Source of the DNA: Escherichia coli
GTDB taxonomy: Bacteria > Pseudomonadota > Gammaproteobacteria > Enterobacterales > Enterobacteriaceae
DNA: 64,000 nt
Assembly: GCF_030013595.1 (NCBI RefSeq)
Contig: NZ_CP122768.1
Reading direction: 5' to 3' (one strand)
The translations under genes were made by a program, and so were the position numbers. The notes below the pieces were generated by a model. That model was not told the origin of the DNA and made no database searches. It was given only the letters and a program-made list of their open reading frames with translations. Below, in pieces: positions 43,818 to 55,708 of the stretch (positions within the stretch are counted from its first letter, which is position 1; the number at the start of each line of letters is the position of its first letter).

Positions 43818-45454
43818 TGTTTCGCCCTCTTCGGCTCTGGATCTTTTTTGTCCTTCGCTTCAAATACCAGCGCGTTACTCTTCTCATTGAGCGTTTTCAG
43901 CACCGGTTGCAGTTCTCGCAACACCTGATCAAGGCGCTGCATATCCGCCACCATCTTGTTGTAGGCTGCTGAGCCAGGCTGGAAGCCCTGCATACTGCGA
44001 TTCAATTCACGCAACGTTGACTGCATATCCGTCGGTAACTGCTGCATCGACTGGCTGGCGAGGATCTTGTTCATGCTATCCAGCGTCGTTTGCAGGTTTT
44101 TCATTGTGCGCTGACTTTCAGAAAGCGTACTGGTTGCCTGTTCAATCATCGGATTCAATGGCAGTTTGTTGATCTTATCCAACGCTTCCATCAGTCGTTG
44201 CTGGATTTGCGCCAGACCGCCGCTAACGGTCGGGATAATCTGATAACCATTAAATTCACGAATACCGGTTATTGCAGGCGTATTTGGATAGAAATCGAGA
44301 TCAACATACAGTGCGCCAGTGACCAGGTTTCCGGTTTTCAGCGATCCGCGTAAACCACGTTTCAACAATTCGCCAAGGTGCTCAACAACATCCGCATTTT
44401 CGCCAAGCTGCATTTTCAGCCGCTCTGGCTCGATACGAATCAGTACCGGAATACGGTAATCATCGTTAAATGTCTGACGCATATTCGGCGCAAAGAATGG
44501 CACTTTGCTTACGGTACCCAGGCGAATACCCCGGAATTCTACCGGAGCTCCCGGTTGCAGACCGCGTACCGAATCTTTAAAGAACATCAGATAATCAATG
44601 TGATCGGTGTACAACGAATCCTGAATGCTCTTCTGATCATCATACAAAACGAAAGCTGTTTTCGGTGCCACTGGCTGCCCTAAATCCAGACCTTCCGGCA
44701 CATCAAAGCTGACACCGCCACTAAGCAGCGTTGTCAATGAGCCCATCTCCACACGCATTCCCGCTGACGTCAAATCAACCGCAATGCCACTATCTTTCCA
44801 GAAGCGAACATTGCTGGTCACCAGACGGTCATAAGGTGCATTGATGAACAGTTGATAGCTGATATTGCGTTTTTGCGTATCGAAGGTGCTGGTTTCAACC
44901 GAACCTACCCGATAGCCACGGAACAGCACGGGATCTCCTGGCGAGAGCTGCCCGGCTTTTTTGCTATCGAGAATCACACGGATACCTTTCGCATCAGGCG
45001 GGGCCAACGGTGGCGAGTCCAGCAAATCGTATTTATCCATTTTGCTGCCTTTCGCGCCTGGCTGCAGTTCGATATAAACCCCAGACAGCAGCGTTCCCAG
45101 GCCGCTAATCCCTTCTCGACCAATCTGCGGTTTCACCACCCAAAAGACGGTATCTTTATGCAGCAATTTTTCCATACCGGAATTCAGCCGCGCTTTGATT
45201 TCAACGTGCGTCAAATCATCAGCCAGTGTGGCGCTTTCAACCACGCCGACGTCAACGCTACGGCTTTTAATGGTGGTTTTACCACCTTCTATTCCTTCCG
45301 CATTCGCGGTGATCAGGGTCACTTCCGGCCCCTGATGGCTGTAATGATAAAATAGAACCCAGGCCCCAATGAGCGCCGTGACGATAGGAAATATCCACAC
45401 GGGAGACCAGTTCTTCACTTTCTGGATTTTGGCTTCCCCATTATTAGATTCCAT
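43814..45454 (-). CDS. pqiB: MCE-domain intermembrane transport protein PqiB (546 aa)
   Basis: MESNNGEAKIQKVKNWSPVWIFPIVTALIGAW... Confidence 0.92.
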   Translation of the reverse strand: MESNNGEAKIQKVKNWSPVWIFPIVTALIGAWVLFYHYSHQGPEVTLITANAEGIEGGKTTIKSRSVDVGVVESATLADDLTHVEIKARLNSGMEKLLHKDTVFWVVKPQIGREGISGLGTLLSGVYIELQPGAKGSKMDKYDLLDSPPLAPPDAKGIRVILDSKKAGQLSPGDPVLFRGYRVGSVETSTFDTQKRNISYQLFINAPYDRLVTSNVRFWKDSGIAVDLTSAGMRVEMGSLTTLLSGGVSFDVPEGLDLGQPVAPKTAFVLYDDQKSIQDSLYTDHIDYLMFFKDSVRGLQPGAPVEFRGIRLGTVSKVPFFAPNMRQTFNDDYRIPVLIRIEPERLKMQLGENADVVEHLGELLKRGLRGSLKTGNLVTGALYVDLDFYPNTPAITGIREFNGYQIIPTVSGGLAQIQQRLMEALDKINKLPLNPMIEQATSTLSESQRTMKNLQTTLDSMNKILASQSMQQLPTDMQSTLRELNRSMQGFQPGSAAYNKMVADMQRLDQVLRELQPVLKTLNEKSNALVFEAKDKKDPEPKRAKQ

Positions 45455-45458
45455 ACTG

Positions 45459-46712
45459 TCAGGACTCCTCATGCTCTGATTCAGGTTGACGATCCCACGA
45501 CAAACGCGGGTCAAACGTCATAGCAGAAAACATTGTCATTATGACGACTAAAGCAAACATTAATGCACCCATTGCCGGATAAATACTCATTAAACCTCCC
45601 ATACGCACCAGCGCCGAGAGCACCGCGATAACGAAAACGTCAATCATCGACCAGCGGCCTACAAACTCAACAACTTCATAAATCAAATGCATTCTTTCAC
45701 TGTCGCGCTTGCCATGCCCTTTGGCATCCCAACACAGCCACGCGATGGCGATCATCTTTAACGTTGGCACCATAATACTGGCAAGAAAGATCACCGCAGC
45801 GACGGGATAAGAGCCTTCGCTCCATAACAGGATGACCCCAGCGAGAATCGTCGACGGCATCTTCGAGCCTAATAAATCCGTCACCATGATGGGCAAAATA
45901 TTAGCCGGAAGATACAGCATGATGGACGTAACAAGCAGCGCGAGTGTCCATTGCAGGCTGTTTCTACGTCGAACGTACCCTTTGGTACTACAGCGCGGGC
46001 ATACGGGTTCGTCAGCAGGAAGGATTGCCGTACAACAGGAGCACGAACGCAGCCCCTGACGTATCCCCGTGACGCCTGGTTTTAGCGGCTGGTGCAGTTC
46101 TGGCATCGGGGCGATATCGTCCCATAACCAGCGACGATCAACGCACTGAAAGGCGCGCAGTTGCAGGACACAAAATAAACACCAGGGGAGAAAGCTGCTG
46201 CCGACACCAATGCTGCCGTAGGCCATCAGTTTAACGAAACTGACCAGCACACCCGCGAGGAAAATCTCCGCCATTCCCCAGGTTTTGAGTTGAAAAAGCA
46301 CCCGTGCCAGTTGCTCTTTTAAACGGACCGGTAATTCCGCGCGATTCACCAGTAACAGAATGGTTATCAGACAAAACGCGGGAACCAGTTGCACAAACAA
46401 CAGGAAAAAGGTGCCGAGGCTGGCGTAGTCCTCAGAAAAAAGCACGCCGGGAATTTCCAGTAATGTAATTTCACTGGTGACTCCCGCAACGTTCATATTC
46501 ACAAAAGGAAACAAGTTGGACAGCAACAGCATGAACAGTGCAGCCAACGCATAGGCGGTGGGACGCTGCCGAGGGGCATCCCACGCCACGGTTAACGTTG
46601 TGCCACACCGGGGACATGCCGCTTTCTGACCATGCTCAAGGCGCGGTAACGCCACCAGCATGTCACACTGCGAGCACAGGATGTGCTTCGCGGCATGATG
46701 ATGTTCGCACAT
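45459..46712 (-). CDS. pqiA: Paraquat-inducible membrane protein PqiA (417 aa)
   Basis: MCEHHHAAKHILCSQCDMLVALPRLEHGQKAACPRCG... Confidence 0.92.
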   Translation of the reverse strand: MCEHHHAAKHILCSQCDMLVALPRLEHGQKAACPRCGTTLTVAWDAPRQRPTAYALAALFMLLLSNLFPFVNMNVAGVTSEITLLEIPGVLFSEDYASLGTFFLLFVQLVPAFCLITILLLVNRAELPVRLKEQLARVLFQLKTWGMAEIFLAGVLVSFVKLMAYGSIGVGSSFLPWCLFCVLQLRAFQCVDRRWLWDDIAPMPELHQPLKPGVTGIRQGLRSCSCCTAILPADEPVCPRCSTKGYVRRRNSLQWTLALLVTSIMLYLPANILPIMVTDLLGSKMPSTILAGVILLWSEGSYPVAAVIFLASIMVPTLKMIAIAWLCWDAKGHGKRDSERMHLIYEVVEFVGRWSMIDVFVIAVLSALVRMGGLMSIYPAMGALMFALVVIMTMFSAMTFDPRLSWDRQPESEHEES

Positions 46713-46841
46713 TGGTACTCCTTAATGATGCGCTATTTTACAGATGACGAACAAAGTGTTGGTTTTCATGCCTGATAAACCCAGTTCATCAGGCAATTTT
46801 ACCGTTGTCAGCTGTCTCTGTTTAAATCGACTATTTTGCGA

Positions 46842-48749
46842 TCAGCCACCATTTTTTAACGCTTCAAGATACTCCCAGCGTTCAAAGGCTTGCTCCAGCT
46901 CCTGCTCTGCAGCAGCCATATCGGCGAGCACTTTTTGCGTCTGCTCATGGGGCTGAGTGAAGAAGGAAGCATCCGCCACCTGCGTCTGTAGGGCTTCCAG
47001 CTTCGCCTCCAGATCTTCGAGCAATTGCGGTAGCTGCTCCAGTTCGCGCTGCAATTTATAGCTTAGTTTGCTACTGCTGCGTTTTACAGTTTCTGCTTTT
47101 GGCGCGGCGGCTTCTTCGATTTTTTTCACCGCAGGCTGTTTGAGCGCCACATACTGTTCTTGCTGACCACGGGCATCATGATAACCGCCGACATAACGAC
47201 CAATTTTTCCGCCGCCTTCGAAGATCCAGCATTCTGTAACGGTGTTATCGACAAACTGACGATCGTGGCTCACCAGCAATACCGTGCCCTGGTAGCTGTC
47301 GATCAGTTCTTCCAGCAGTTCCAGCGTTTCAACATCAAGATCGTTGGTCGGTTCGTCAAGAATCAATAAGTTGCTTGGTTTGAGGAACAAACGCGCCAAT
47401 AACAAGCGGTTACGCTCACCGCCAGAAAGCGCACGTACCGGCGTCATCGCCCGTTTCGGATGGAACAGGAAGTCCTGCAAATAGCCCAAAACATGGCGTG
47501 GCTTGCCGTTAACCATCACCTCTTGCTTACCTTCAGCAAGGTTATCCATCACCGTTTTATCGGGATCCAATTCCGCACGGTGCTGATCGAAATAAGCCAC
47601 TTCCAGTTTGGTGCCAACGTGAATACGCCCGCTGTCCGCCTGAAGCTGACCGAGCATCAGTTTCAGCAGCGTGGTTTTGCCGCATCCATTCGGACCAATC
47701 AGGGCAATTTTGTCGCCACGTAGAACCTGGGCAGAAAAATCTTTCACCAGTTGCTTACCGTCGACCTGGTAGCAAACGTCTTCCATTTCGAAAACGATCT
47801 TACCGGAGCGGCTGGCCTCTTCCACCTGCATCTTTGCGGTACCCATCACTTCGCGACGTTCGCCACGCTCGCGACGCATTGCTTTCAGGGCGCGTACGCG
47901 GCCTTCATTACGGGTACGGCGTGCTTTGATCCCCTGGCGGATCCACACCTCTTCCTGCGCCAGTTTGCGATCGAACTCGGCATTTTGTAGTTCTTCCACA
48001 CGCAGAGCTTCTTCTTTTTCCAGCAGGTACTGGTCGTAATTCCCTGGATAGGTCACAAGTTTGCCGCGATCGAGATCAACAATGCGCGTCGCCATATTGC
48101 GGATAAACGAACGGTCGTGGGAGATGAAAATTATCGTCCCATTGAAGGTTTTAAGGAATCCTTCCAGCCAGTCGATGGTTTCGATATCCAGGTGGTTAGT
48201 CGGTTCGTCGAGCAGCAATACGCGCGGATTGCTCACCAGCGCGCGTCCTAATGCCGCTTTACGCAACCAGCCGCCGGAAAGCGACGACAGCGCAACGTTA
48301 GGATCTAACCCCAGTTGCGCCAGCACTTCGTTAATGCGGTTTTCCAGCTGCCACAGGTTGTGGTGATCCAACTGTTCCTGAACCTTCGCCAGTTCGTTGA
48401 GATTTTTCTCGCTCGGGTCGTTCATCACCAGGCGCGAAATATCGTGATAGCGTTTCAGGTATTCCGCTTGTTCTTCAATGCCTTCGGCAACGAAATCATA
48501 AACACTCCCCTCAACGTTACGCGGCGGATCCTGTTGCAGACGAGCTACAATCAAATCTTGCTCGTAAATAATGCGACCGTCATCCAGCCCTTGTTCACGG
48601 TTGAGGATTTTCATTAACGTCGATTTGCCTGCGCCGTTGCGGCCCACCAGACAAACACGTTCGTTATCTTCGATATGCAGTTCTGCGTTATCGAGAAGCG
48701 GCGCGTCGCTGAACGACAGCCATGCGCCATGCATACTGATTAATGACAT
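46842..48749 (-). CDS. uup: ABC-F ATPase Uup (635 aa)
   Basis: MSLISMHGAWLSFSDAPLLDNAELHIEDNERVCLVGRNGAGKST. Two ABC cassettes plus a C-terminal coiled coil. Confidence 0.95.
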   Translation of the reverse strand: MSLISMHGAWLSFSDAPLLDNAELHIEDNERVCLVGRNGAGKSTLMKILNREQGLDDGRIIYEQDLIVARLQQDPPRNVEGSVYDFVAEGIEEQAEYLKRYHDISRLVMNDPSEKNLNELAKVQEQLDHHNLWQLENRINEVLAQLGLDPNVALSSLSGGWLRKAALGRALVSNPRVLLLDEPTNHLDIETIDWLEGFLKTFNGTIIFISHDRSFIRNMATRIVDLDRGKLVTYPGNYDQYLLEKEEALRVEELQNAEFDRKLAQEEVWIRQGIKARRTRNEGRVRALKAMRRERGERREVMGTAKMQVEEASRSGKIVFEMEDVCYQVDGKQLVKDFSAQVLRGDKIALIGPNGCGKTTLLKLMLGQLQADSGRIHVGTKLEVAYFDQHRAELDPDKTVMDNLAEGKQEVMVNGKPRHVLGYLQDFLFHPKRAMTPVRALSGGERNRLLLARLFLKPSNLLILDEPTNDLDVETLELLEELIDSYQGTVLLVSHDRQFVDNTVTECWIFEGGGKIGRYVGGYHDARGQQEQYVALKQPAVKKIEEAAAPKAETVKRSSSKLSYKLQRELEQLPQLLEDLEAKLEALQTQVADASFFTQPHEQTQKVLADMAAAEQELEQAFERWEYLEALKNGG

Positions 48750-48760
48750 TACTATTCCTT

Positions 48761-50869
48761 TCAGGCTGCGGTAATCAGCCAGCAGTTGTGGATCTGGCGG
48801 TTACGGGCGAAATCCTGGGAGAGCGTTTTTTGCGTAATTTCTTGTGCTTTCAGTCCCAGTTTTGCCAGGCCGTCGAGATCCATACGGAAGCCACGTTTGT
48901 TGTTCGAGAACATGATCGTCCCACCTGCACGCAGCAGACGTTTCAAATCTTTCATCAGCGCCAGATGATCGCGCTGAACATCAAACGCATCTTCCATTCG
49001 TTTTGAGTTAGAGAAGGTTGGCGGATCGATAAAGATCAGATCGAACTGTTCATTTGCCTCACGCAGCCACGCCAGGCAATCGGCTTGAATCAGGCGATGC
49101 GCACGCCCGGTTAGGCCATTCAGACGCAGGTTGCGTTCTGCCCACTCCAGATAAGTACGTGACATATCCACGGTGGTGGTGCTGCGTGCACCGCCTAATC
49201 CCGCATGCACGGTGGCGCTGCCGGTATAAGAGAACAGGTTGAGGAAATCTTTGCCTTTGCTCATCTGACCGAGCATACGACGGGCGATACGGTGATCGAG
49301 GAACAGACCGGTATCGAGGTAATCCGTCAGGTTCACCCACAAGTGAGCGTTATATTCGGTGACTTCGAGAAACTCGCCCTTCTCGCCCAGTTTCTGGTAC
49401 TGATTTTTGCCCTTCTGGCGTTCGCGGGTTTTCAGTACCAGTTTGTTTGGCGCAATCCCCAGTACCGAAATGGTTGCAGCGATAATATCGAACAGACGCT
49501 GACGCGCTTTGTGCGCATCAATAGTTTTTGGCGGCGCATACTCCTGCACCACCACCCAGTCGGCATAACGGTCAACTGCAACGTTGTATTCCGGTAGATC
49601 GGCGTCGTACAGGCGGTAGCATTCAATGCCTTCCTGACGCGCCCACTTCTCGAATTTTTTGAGGTTCTTACGCAGACGGTTGGCGTAGTCTTCTGCCACC
49701 ATTGCCGGTTTGCTGTCTGGTGTGCTTTCGGCAACGTGGTAATTTTTCTGCACGCAGTCTAATGGACCGTTTTTCGCTTTGTACTGTTTGTCTGCACGCA
49801 ACTGCAGGCAACTTAACAGATCCGGCGAGGCACTAAACAAAGAGAGATTCCAGCCACCGAACTGGTTTTTCATGATTCGGCCCAGCAGACTATGCAGCGC
49901 AATCAGCGCCGGTTCGCTGTCCAGACGTTCACCGTATGGCGGGTTGCTCAACACTGTACCGTACGGCCCTTTCGGCAGCGGATTGGTCAGTTGCGCGACA
50001 TCTTTCACCTCAAAGGTGATCAGTTCACCAATCCCCGCAAGACGGGCGTTAGTGCGCGCACGTTGAATCACCCGTGCGTCGCTGTCCGAACCGTAAAAAT
50101 GAGAGCTATACTCAGCCAGGCCTTTACGGGCGCGGGTTTGCGCTTCTGCTTTCACTTCCTGCCAGATGGCTTCATCATGCTGTGCCCAGCCGCTAAAGCC
50201 CCAACGTCCACGGTGCAAGCCTGGTGCGCGATCGGTCGCCAGCATCGCCGCTTCAATCAACAACGTACCGGAACCACACATCGGATCGAGCAGCGGTGTT
50301 CCTGGCTGCCAGCCGGATCGCATAACAATCGCGGCGGCCAGGGTTTCTTTGATCGGCGCAATACCAGCACGATCGCGATAGCCACGCAGATGTAAACCAT
50401 CACCACTGAGATCAAGGGCGATACTGGCGGTTTCTTTATGCAGCCAGACGTTAACGCGAATATCCGGCGCATCGCGATCAACATTTGGACGCGGCAGATT
50501 TTTCCGCGTGAAAGCATCGACAATCGCGTCTTTCACTTTCATCGCACCGTACTGACTGTTGCGGATGGTGTCATTCAAACCACTGAAGTGGACAGCGAAG
50601 GTCGCGCCAGGATTAAACATCTCTGTCCAGTTGATCGCCTGAACACCGAGATAGAGGTCTAAATCGCTGTAAACCTTACACTCGCCCAGCGGCAACATAA
50701 TACGCGAGGCCAGGCGGCTCCACATCAGGCTCTGGTAAACAAGCCGTGTGTCGCCCTTGAAATGGACCCCACCCTGAACCACCTGGCATTCAACGGCCTC
50801 CAGGTTTTCCAGTTCAGTTTTTAACAGCTCTTCCAGCCCACGGGCCGTACTGGCAAACAGAGAATTCAT
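48761..50869 (-). CDS. rlmL: Bifunctional 23S rRNA methyltransferase RlmKL (RlmL/YcbY), 702 aa
   Basis: [23 protein letters not shown]... Confidence 0.95.
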   Translation of the reverse strand: MNSLFASTARGLEELLKTELENLEAVECQVVQGGVHFKGDTRLVYQSLMWSRLASRIMLPLGECKVYSDLDLYLGVQAINWTEMFNPGATFAVHFSGLNDTIRNSQYGAMKVKDAIVDAFTRKNLPRPNVDRDAPDIRVNVWLHKETASIALDLSGDGLHLRGYRDRAGIAPIKETLAAAIVMRSGWQPGTPLLDPMCGSGTLLIEAAMLATDRAPGLHRGRWGFSGWAQHDEAIWQEVKAEAQTRARKGLAEYSSHFYGSDSDARVIQRARTNARLAGIGELITFEVKDVAQLTNPLPKGPYGTVLSNPPYGERLDSEPALIALHSLLGRIMKNQFGGWNLSLFSASPDLLSCLQLRADKQYKAKNGPLDCVQKNYHVAESTPDSKPAMVAEDYANRLRKNLKKFEKWARQEGIECYRLYDADLPEYNVAVDRYADWVVVQEYAPPKTIDAHKARQRLFDIIAATISVLGIAPNKLVLKTRERQKGKNQYQKLGEKGEFLEVTEYNAHLWVNLTDYLDTGLFLDHRIARRMLGQMSKGKDFLNLFSYTGSATVHAGLGGARSTTTVDMSRTYLEWAERNLRLNGLTGRAHRLIQADCLAWLREANEQFDLIFIDPPTFSNSKRMEDAFDVQRDHLALMKDLKRLLRAGGTIMFSNNKRGFRMDLDGLAKLGLKAQEITQKTLSQDFARNRQIHNCWLITAA

Positions 50870-51112
50870 ATCGTCACTTTTACTCTAAGAGCCTACCGCA
50901 GTAGGCGTAATTGTTGCAGTCAGTCTGGACATGGACAGCGCGGAGAAACCGGAGCGTACACAAGTACGTGAGGATTTCGAGCACTTCCCTGGGCCAAACT
51001 GACAAATAAAATAGCCTAATGGGACAGGCGCTAAGAAAATTGTTGCGCATTATAGCTAATAAGCGCGTCATGTCATAAAGTTGAGGGCTTATTTTCATTT
51101 GAGGACCGCACC

Positions 51113-52222
51113 GTGGCGACATTAACCCGGCTTTTTATTCATCCTGTTAAATCGATGCGCGGCATTGGTCTTACACATGTTCTGGCAGATGTCAGTGGTC
51201 TGGCCTTCGATCGCATCTTTATGATCACGGAACCTGACGGTACGTTTATTACCGCTCGCCAGTTTCCCCAGATGGTACGGTTTACTCCTTCACCTGTGCA
51301 TGATGGCTTGCATCTCACCGCACCAGATGGCAGTAGCGCATATGTTCGTTTTGCTGATTTCGCCACACAAGACGCACCAACCGAAGTTTGGGGCACACAT
51401 TTTACCGCGCGAATTGCACCAGACGCGATCAACAAATGGCTAAGTGAATTTTTCTCCCGCGAAGTGCAGTTGCGCTGGGTGGGGCCACAAATGACGAGGC
51501 GCGTGAAACGCCACAACACTGTACCCCTGTCATTTGCTGATGGCTATCCTTACCTTCTTGCTAACGAAGCCTCGTTACGTGATCTCCAACAACGTTGTCC
51601 GGCCAGTGTAAAAATGGAGCAATTCCGCCCCAATCTGGTGGTTTCCGGCGCGTCAGCCTGGGAAGAAGATAGCTGGAAAGTGATTCGCATTGGTGATGTG
51701 GTATTTGATGTGGTTAAACCTTGTAGCCGCTGTATTTTCACCACCGTCAGCCCAGAAAAAGGGCAAAAACATCCGGCAGGCGAACCATTAAAAACATTGC
51801 AATCTTTCCGCACTGCCCAGGATAACGGCGATGTCGATTTTGGTCAGAATTTAATTGCCCGTAATAGCGGCGTAATTCGCGTTGGCGATGAGGTGGAAAT
51901 TCTGGCAACGGCTCCGGCTAAAATTTACGGCGCAGCCGCCGCTGATGATACCGTCAACATCACGCAACAACCGGACGCAAATGTAGATATTGACTGGCAG
52001 GGACAGGCATTTCGTGGAAATAACCAGCAGGTGTTGCTGGAGCAATTAGAAAATCAGGGAATTCGTATCCCTTATTCTTGCCGCGCGGGCATTTGTGGAA
52101 GTTGCCGTGTTCAGCTTTTAGAAGGCGAAGTCACGCCGCTGAAAAAATCAGCAATGGGCGATGATGGCACCATTCTTTGCTGTAGCTGTGTACCGAAGAC
52201 TGCGCTTAAGCTGACGCGTTAG
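51113..52222 (+). CDS. ycbX: MOSC-domain / 2Fe-2S ferredoxin protein YcbX (369 aa, GTG start)
   Basis: [20 protein letters not shown]...; C-terminal CRAGICGSC ferredoxin motif. Confidence 0.93.
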   Translation: MATLTRLFIHPVKSMRGIGLTHVLADVSGLAFDRIFMITEPDGTFITARQFPQMVRFTPSPVHDGLHLTAPDGSSAYVRFADFATQDAPTEVWGTHFTARIAPDAINKWLSEFFSREVQLRWVGPQMTRRVKRHNTVPLSFADGYPYLLANEASLRDLQQRCPASVKMEQFRPNLVVSGASAWEEDSWKVIRIGDVVFDVVKPCSRCIFTTVSPEKGQKHPAGEPLKTLQSFRTAQDNGDVDFGQNLIARNSGVIRVGDEVEILATAPAKIYGAAAADDTVNITQQPDANVDIDWQGQAFRGNNQQVLLEQLENQGIRIPYSCRAGICGSCRVQLLEGEVTPLKKSAMGDDGTILCCSCVPKTALKLTR

Positions 52223-52761
52223 ACTGCCTGTTCGAGGCTGAAGCTGTCAACATTAACCTGCGGTTTCAGCCTGTCGTTCATGATTTTGATGGCGTCGCCC
52301 AGCTGCATCGCGCGACCCGCAATAACAACGCAGGGTTGTGCCAGCAGGCATAGTGCGGCATTTTCGCCAGATTCAACGACCAGCAAATTGACTTGCTCGT
52401 GAGTGTCGCTCAACCAAACGCAGGCCGCATCGCCCGGCATGGGCACCCACATTTCACCATGGGAAACAAAATGCCAGCTTTTCGGCATTTGCGGTTTGAG
52501 ATAACGAATTGCTACCAGCGCATTAAGCACCAGTTCGGCTTTTTGTTCTTTAGATAAATTAAAATCGCGGCATTTTTCTTCAAATGAGAAATAGAGCGCG
52601 GCGTCGTCAACGCAAAAGCCTGCGGGAGAAAAGGCATCTGGAGTCAACATTTTGCGCGCAAAACGTGAGCGAAATAGCATACCATTGGCTAAATCGAGCA
52701 TCATTCGATCGTGCTCTTCATCGTAATACCAACGCCAGTTATCGTCTGGTTTAATTCGCAT
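52219..52761 (-). CDS. zapC: Cell division protein ZapC (180 aa)
   Basis: [34 protein letters not shown]... Confidence 0.9.
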   Translation of the reverse strand: MRIKPDDNWRWYYDEEHDRMMLDLANGMLFRSRFARKMLTPDAFSPAGFCVDDAALYFSFEEKCRDFNLSKEQKAELVLNALVAIRYLKPQMPKSWHFVSHGEMWVPMPGDAACVWLSDTHEQVNLLVVESGENAALCLLAQPCVVIAGRAMQLGDAIKIMNDRLKPQVNVDSFSLEQAV

Positions 52762-52880
52762 TTGCCTCCCCCCTACCCTATAAAACCGCAGCAACACAAT
52801 CCATTGTCGCTTCGCTTAATAACCTCAACAATAAAAGTACAAAATGTCTAAATAAGCAACAGCGATGAATATAAAACAAC

Positions 52881-52902
52881 CAGGGCTTAAAATAAAGCCC
52901 TG
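52881..52902 (-). terminator. pyrD terminator hairpin
   Basis: CAGGGCTT-aaaataa-AAGCCCTG, T-rich on the minus strand afterwards. Confidence 0.6.
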
Positions 52903-52934
52903 ATTATCTTATAAAGAGGAATTCGAAGAAATAA

Positions 52935-53945
52935 TTAGATATGGGTAACGATTTCTTTAATCAGCGGCGGACCTTTAAAAATAAAACCAGAATAAATTTG
53001 CACCAGTGAGGCCCCCGCAGCAATCTTTTCACGCGCAGCGATAACCGAGTCAATGCCGCCAACACCGATGATCGGTAAGCGACCGTTTAATTCCTGTGAC
53101 AAGCGGCGAATAATTTCTGTGCTTTTTAACTGAAGCGGACGACCACTTAAGCCACCGGTTTGATCACAATTTTTCATTCCCTGAACCAGAGAACGATCGA
53201 GCGTGGTATTGGTTGCAATAACGCCATCAATATTATGGCGAACTAAACTATCGGCAACCTGGATCAATTCTTCTTCAGAAAGATCCGGCGCGATCTTCAC
53301 TGCGATCGGCACATATTTATGGTGCATCGCTTGCAAATCATTTTGCTTATTTTTAATCGCGGTTAAGAGATCATCCAGCGCTTCGCCATATTGCAGTGTG
53401 CGTAGTCCTGGGGTATTCGGCGATGAAATATTGATGGCGATATATCCCGCATAAGCATAGATTTTTTCCATACAAATCAGATAGTCATCTTTACCCTGCT
53501 CCACCGGCGTATCTTTATTTTTGCCGATGTTAATACCCAGGACGCCATCATAATGGGCTTTTTTTACGTTCTCTACGAGGTTATCAACGCCAAGATTATT
53601 AAAGCCCATACGGTTGATCAAACCTTCGGCATCTACCAGACGAAAGAGACGCGGCTTGTCATTACCTGGCTGTGGACGTGGCGTGACGGTACCGATCTCG
53701 ATCGATCCAAATCCCATCGCGCCTAACGCGTCAATGCACTCCCCGTCTTTATCAAGACCGGCTGCCAGACCAAGCGGATTTTTAAACGTCAGGCCCATGC
53801 AGTTAACAGGTTTCGCAGGCACTTTCTGCCGCACCAGTGCTTCAAACGGCGTTCCTGTAATACGGCGTAATTGCTGAAAAGTAAACTCATGAGCACGCTC
53901 TGGATCGAGCTGGAAAAGGGCTTTACGAACGAAGGGGTAGTACAT
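52935..53945 (-). CDS. pyrD: Dihydroorotate dehydrogenase (quinone), 336 aa
   Basis: [34 protein letters not shown]... Confidence 0.95.
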   Translation of the reverse strand: MYYPFVRKALFQLDPERAHEFTFQQLRRITGTPFEALVRQKVPAKPVNCMGLTFKNPLGLAAGLDKDGECIDALGAMGFGSIEIGTVTPRPQPGNDKPRLFRLVDAEGLINRMGFNNLGVDNLVENVKKAHYDGVLGINIGKNKDTPVEQGKDDYLICMEKIYAYAGYIAINISSPNTPGLRTLQYGEALDDLLTAIKNKQNDLQAMHHKYVPIAVKIAPDLSEEELIQVADSLVRHNIDGVIATNTTLDRSLVQGMKNCDQTGGLSGRPLQLKSTEIIRRLSQELNGRLPIIGVGGIDSVIAAREKIAAGASLVQIYSGFIFKGPPLIKEIVTHI

Positions 53946-54181
53946 GAACTCTCCTGGATTCCCGGTGTGCAAACCGGGGGCGTATTATGTGCGAGTTCGG
54001 ACCAAAAGGGAATTGACCTGTGGCAATAAATAGCAAACGTTTTCTTATTGCGCTTTTTTTATGCTTTTTTTGGCTTTTCTTCCTCAGATAAATCATTTCG
54101 ACTCGCGGACGCCCTCTGTCAGACTGACCGAATTGTTATCAATGTTAACAAAACAAGAACAATTGGTTATAAGGAGAGAGT

Positions 54182-54757
54182 ATGCGTGTCATCACCCTGG
54201 CGGGTAGTCCTCGCTTTCCTTCTCGTTCCAGCTCCTTGCTGGAATATGCGCGGGAAAAACTAAATGGCCTGGATGTAGAGGTTTATCACTGGAATCTGCA
54301 AAACTTCGCCCCGGAAGATCTACTTTATGCTCGTTTCGATAGTCCGGCACTCAAAACCTTCACCGAACAGCTGCAACAGGCCGATGGGCTGATTGTCGCC
54401 ACGCCTGTGTATAAAGCCGCCTATTCCGGTGCGCTGAAAACCCTGCTCGACCTACTGCCAGAACGTGCGTTGCAAGGCAAAGTGGTGCTACCGCTGGCGA
54501 CGGGCGGTACGGTGGCCCATCTGCTGGCGGTCGATTATGCCCTTAAGCCAGTTTTAAGTGCGCTGAAAGCCCAGGAGATCCTGCACGGCGTGTTTGCCGA
54601 TGACTCACAGGTGATTGATTACCACCACAAGCCGCAGTTCACGCCAAATCTGCAAACCCGTCTTGATACCGCGCTGGAAACTTTCTGGCAGGCGCTGCAC
54701 CGCCGCGATATTCAGGTTCCCGATCTTCTGTCTCTGCGAGGTAATGCCCATGCGTAA
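54182..54757 (+). CDS. ssuE: NADPH-dependent FMN reductase SsuE (191 aa)
   Basis: MRVITLAGSPRFPSRSSSLLEYAREKLNG... Confidence 0.93.
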   Translation: MRVITLAGSPRFPSRSSSLLEYAREKLNGLDVEVYHWNLQNFAPEDLLYARFDSPALKTFTEQLQQADGLIVATPVYKAAYSGALKTLLDLLPERALQGKVVLPLATGGTVAHLLAVDYALKPVLSALKAQEILHGVFADDSQVIDYHHKPQFTPNLQTRLDTALETFWQALHRRDIQVPDLLSLRGNAHA

Positions 54758-55708
54758 CATCATTCAACTGGCGCTGGCGGGATTACTTAGCGTCTCTACG
54801 ATTGCGGTTGCTGCAGAATCCTCTCCTGAAGCGTTACGTATAGGCTATCAGAAAGGCAGTATTGGTATGGTGCTGGCAAAAAGCCACCAGTTACTGGAAA
54901 AACGCTATCCGCAAACCAAAATCTCCTGGGTGGAGTTCCCGGCTGGCCCACAGATGCTGGAGGCGTTAAACGTTGGCAGTATTGATCTCGGCAGTACCGG
55001 GGATATTCCGCCAATCTTTGCCCAGGCTGCCGGGGCTGATTTGGTATACGTGGGCGTCGAGCCGCCGAAGCCCAAAGCCGAAGTGATTCTGGTGGCAGAT
55101 AACAGCCCGATCAAAACCGTAGCCGATCTTAAAGGTCACAAAGTTGCCTTTCAGAAAGGTTCCAGCTCGCACAATCTTTTACTACGCGCACTACGCCAGG
55201 CCGGGCTTAAATTCACGGATATCCAGCCCACTTACCTGACACCTGCCGATGCCCGCGCCGCGTTCCAGCAAGGTAACGTCGACGCCTGGGCTATCTGGGA
55301 TCCCTACTACTCCGCTGCATTATTACAGGGCGGCGTGCGGGTGCTAAAAGACGGCACCGATCTCAATCAGACCGGATCGTTTTATCTGGCTGCCCGTCCG
55401 TATGCAGAAAAAACGGCGCATTTATTCAGCGTGTGCTGGCAACCTTTAGTGAAGCCGATGCGTTAACCCGCAGCCAGCGCGAGCAAAGCATCGCTTTACT
55501 GGCAAAAACAATGGGCTTACCGGCACCGGTGATTGCCTCTTACTTAGATCATCGCCCTCCTACCACCATCAAACCGGTTAACGCCGAGGTTGCCGCCTTA
55601 CAGCAGCAAACGGCAGATCTGTTTTATGAAAACCGTCTGGTGCCGAAAAAAGTCGATATTCGCCAGCGCATCTGGCAGCCCACTCAACTGGAAGGAAAAC
55701 AATTATGA
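54750..55708 (+). pseudogene. ssuA: ssuA (aliphatic sulfonate periplasmic binding protein) interrupted by a -1 frameshift in an A-run at 55408-55413
   Basis: The N-terminal part (MRNIIQLALAGLL...AARPYAEK) is in one frame and ends at a premature stop at 55464-55466. The C-terminal part (..LATFSEADALTRSQ...EGKQL) continues in another frame to 55708. The total is 959 nt where 960 is expected. GAAAAAACGG has 6 A where restoring the frame needs 7. Confidence 0.85.

Noticed and set aside
54615-54749. 5' extensions of track ORFs (ssuA from 54615, fabA from 42045, tusE from 27988, yccX to 28862, helD to 34336, ompA from 38573, and others)
   Set aside because: The extensions run through upstream genes or intergenic DNA. 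The internal starts reproduce the known K-12 protein lengths and have RBSs.
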